Shown here in pieces: positions 31,661 through 32,000 of a stretch of 32,000 nucleotides of DNA. Where the stretch lies: the NCBI GenBank assembly GCA_021654395.1, contig AP024486.1:60001-92000 (forward strand), in the 5' to 3' direction. Position 1 is the first letter of the stretch, and every line of letters starts with the position of its first letter. The position numbers and the translations under genes were made by a program. The DNA comes from Candidatus Saccharimonadota bacterium (lineage in GTDB: Archaea > Micrarchaeota > Micrarchaeia > Micrarchaeales > Micrarchaeaceae). Under the pieces are notes generated by a model. That model was not told the origin of the DNA. It saw only the letters and a program-made list of their open reading frames with translations, and ran no database searches.

Positions 31661-32000
31661 AATCTATCAGTAGATTTCATATTAGCTATCTTAGATAATG
31701 CATCTTTTGCTGCCATTAGAACATTATAGCTAGACTTTGTTGTGCCTCTTGAGAAGGTCCAGATGTCTTTTACACCAGCATAATACATTAATTTTCTTAT
31801 CTCTTCGCCTGCAACAAGGCCTATACCTCTTGGTGCAGGAGCTATCTTTACCTCCGTATGGCCGCATTTCCCTGTAGCTGCTACTGGTATGCTATGTGCT
31901 GTTCCACAACCACACTCCCATGAACCACAGCCTATTGGTATAGCCATTATATGCTTCTTAGCATCAACAATAGACTCATCTATAGCTGCCTTTAGCTCTA
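31657..32000 (-). CDS. rps5: Ribosomal protein uS5 (S5P), C-terminal part; the N-terminus lies outside the window
   Basis: GSWECGCGTAHSIPVAATGKCGHTEVKIAPAPRGIGLVAG...DIWTFSRGTTKSSYN is the uS5 C-terminal domain. The frame stays open upstream of the listed ATG to base 32000 (...ELKAAIDESIVDAKKHIMAIP). The stop overlaps the csl4 ATG (ATGA). Confidence 0.85.
   Translation of the reverse strand, partial: ELKAAIDESIVDAKKHIMAIPIGCGSWECGCGTAHSIPVAATGKCGHTEVKIAPAPRGIGLVAGEEIRKLMYYAGVKDIWTFSRGTTKSSYNVLMAAKDALSKIANMKSTDRL

Noticed and set aside
1-32000. A window-wide scan for CRISPR arrays, IS elements or transposases, integrases, terminal inverted repeats, inteins in the large genes, and rRNA.
   Set aside because: I saw no regularly spaced direct repeats and no transposase- or integrase-like ORFs. 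The lengths of AlaRS, LeuRS, Cdc48 and aIF2-gamma leave no room for inteins, and there are no rRNA-like stretches. Without computation, short or degenerate repeats could have been missed.

Overview
This is a visibly AT-rich, very gene-dense archaeal chromosomal segment. I support about 36 protein-coding genes and 2 tRNAs. I see no CRISPR array, IS element, integrase or long repeat. All family calls are by eye from motifs, because no searches could be run.

The backbone is housekeeping:
- Translation: archaeal-type AlaRS and LeuRS, aIF2-gamma, S6e, the L1/P0/P1 stalk operon, uS5 and NAC.
- RNA and transcription: RpoL, exosome Csl4, RNase P Rpp21 and Taw1.
- Other: CDP-archaeol synthase, ScpA/ScpB and soluble Cdc48.

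Broken ribosomal operons, abutting or overlapping genes and a shortened P0 suggest a reduced-genome (possibly DPANN-like) archaeon. That lineage guess is inference only.

Operon-internal genes use a strong GGTGATC-type Shine-Dalgarno. This makes the ORF track start several genes 9 nt too early, producing the spurious MIYM/MIWM N-termini.

The items most worth a second look are:
1. A 931-aa tandem AAA+ ATPase fused to a large polytopic membrane domain.
2. An unlisted 41-codon hyper-acidic micro-ORF with its own TATA box, SD and oligo-T terminator, directly upstream of cdc48.
3. A CysK-like PLP enzyme fused to a rhodanese-like domain, in a gene whose codon usage differs from its neighbours.
4. 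A GT-C plus processive GT2 glycan module, next to an atypical CDP-alcohol phosphatidyltransferase.
5. Surface and pilin-like genes at the left edge, with an eight-cysteine micro-protein beside them.
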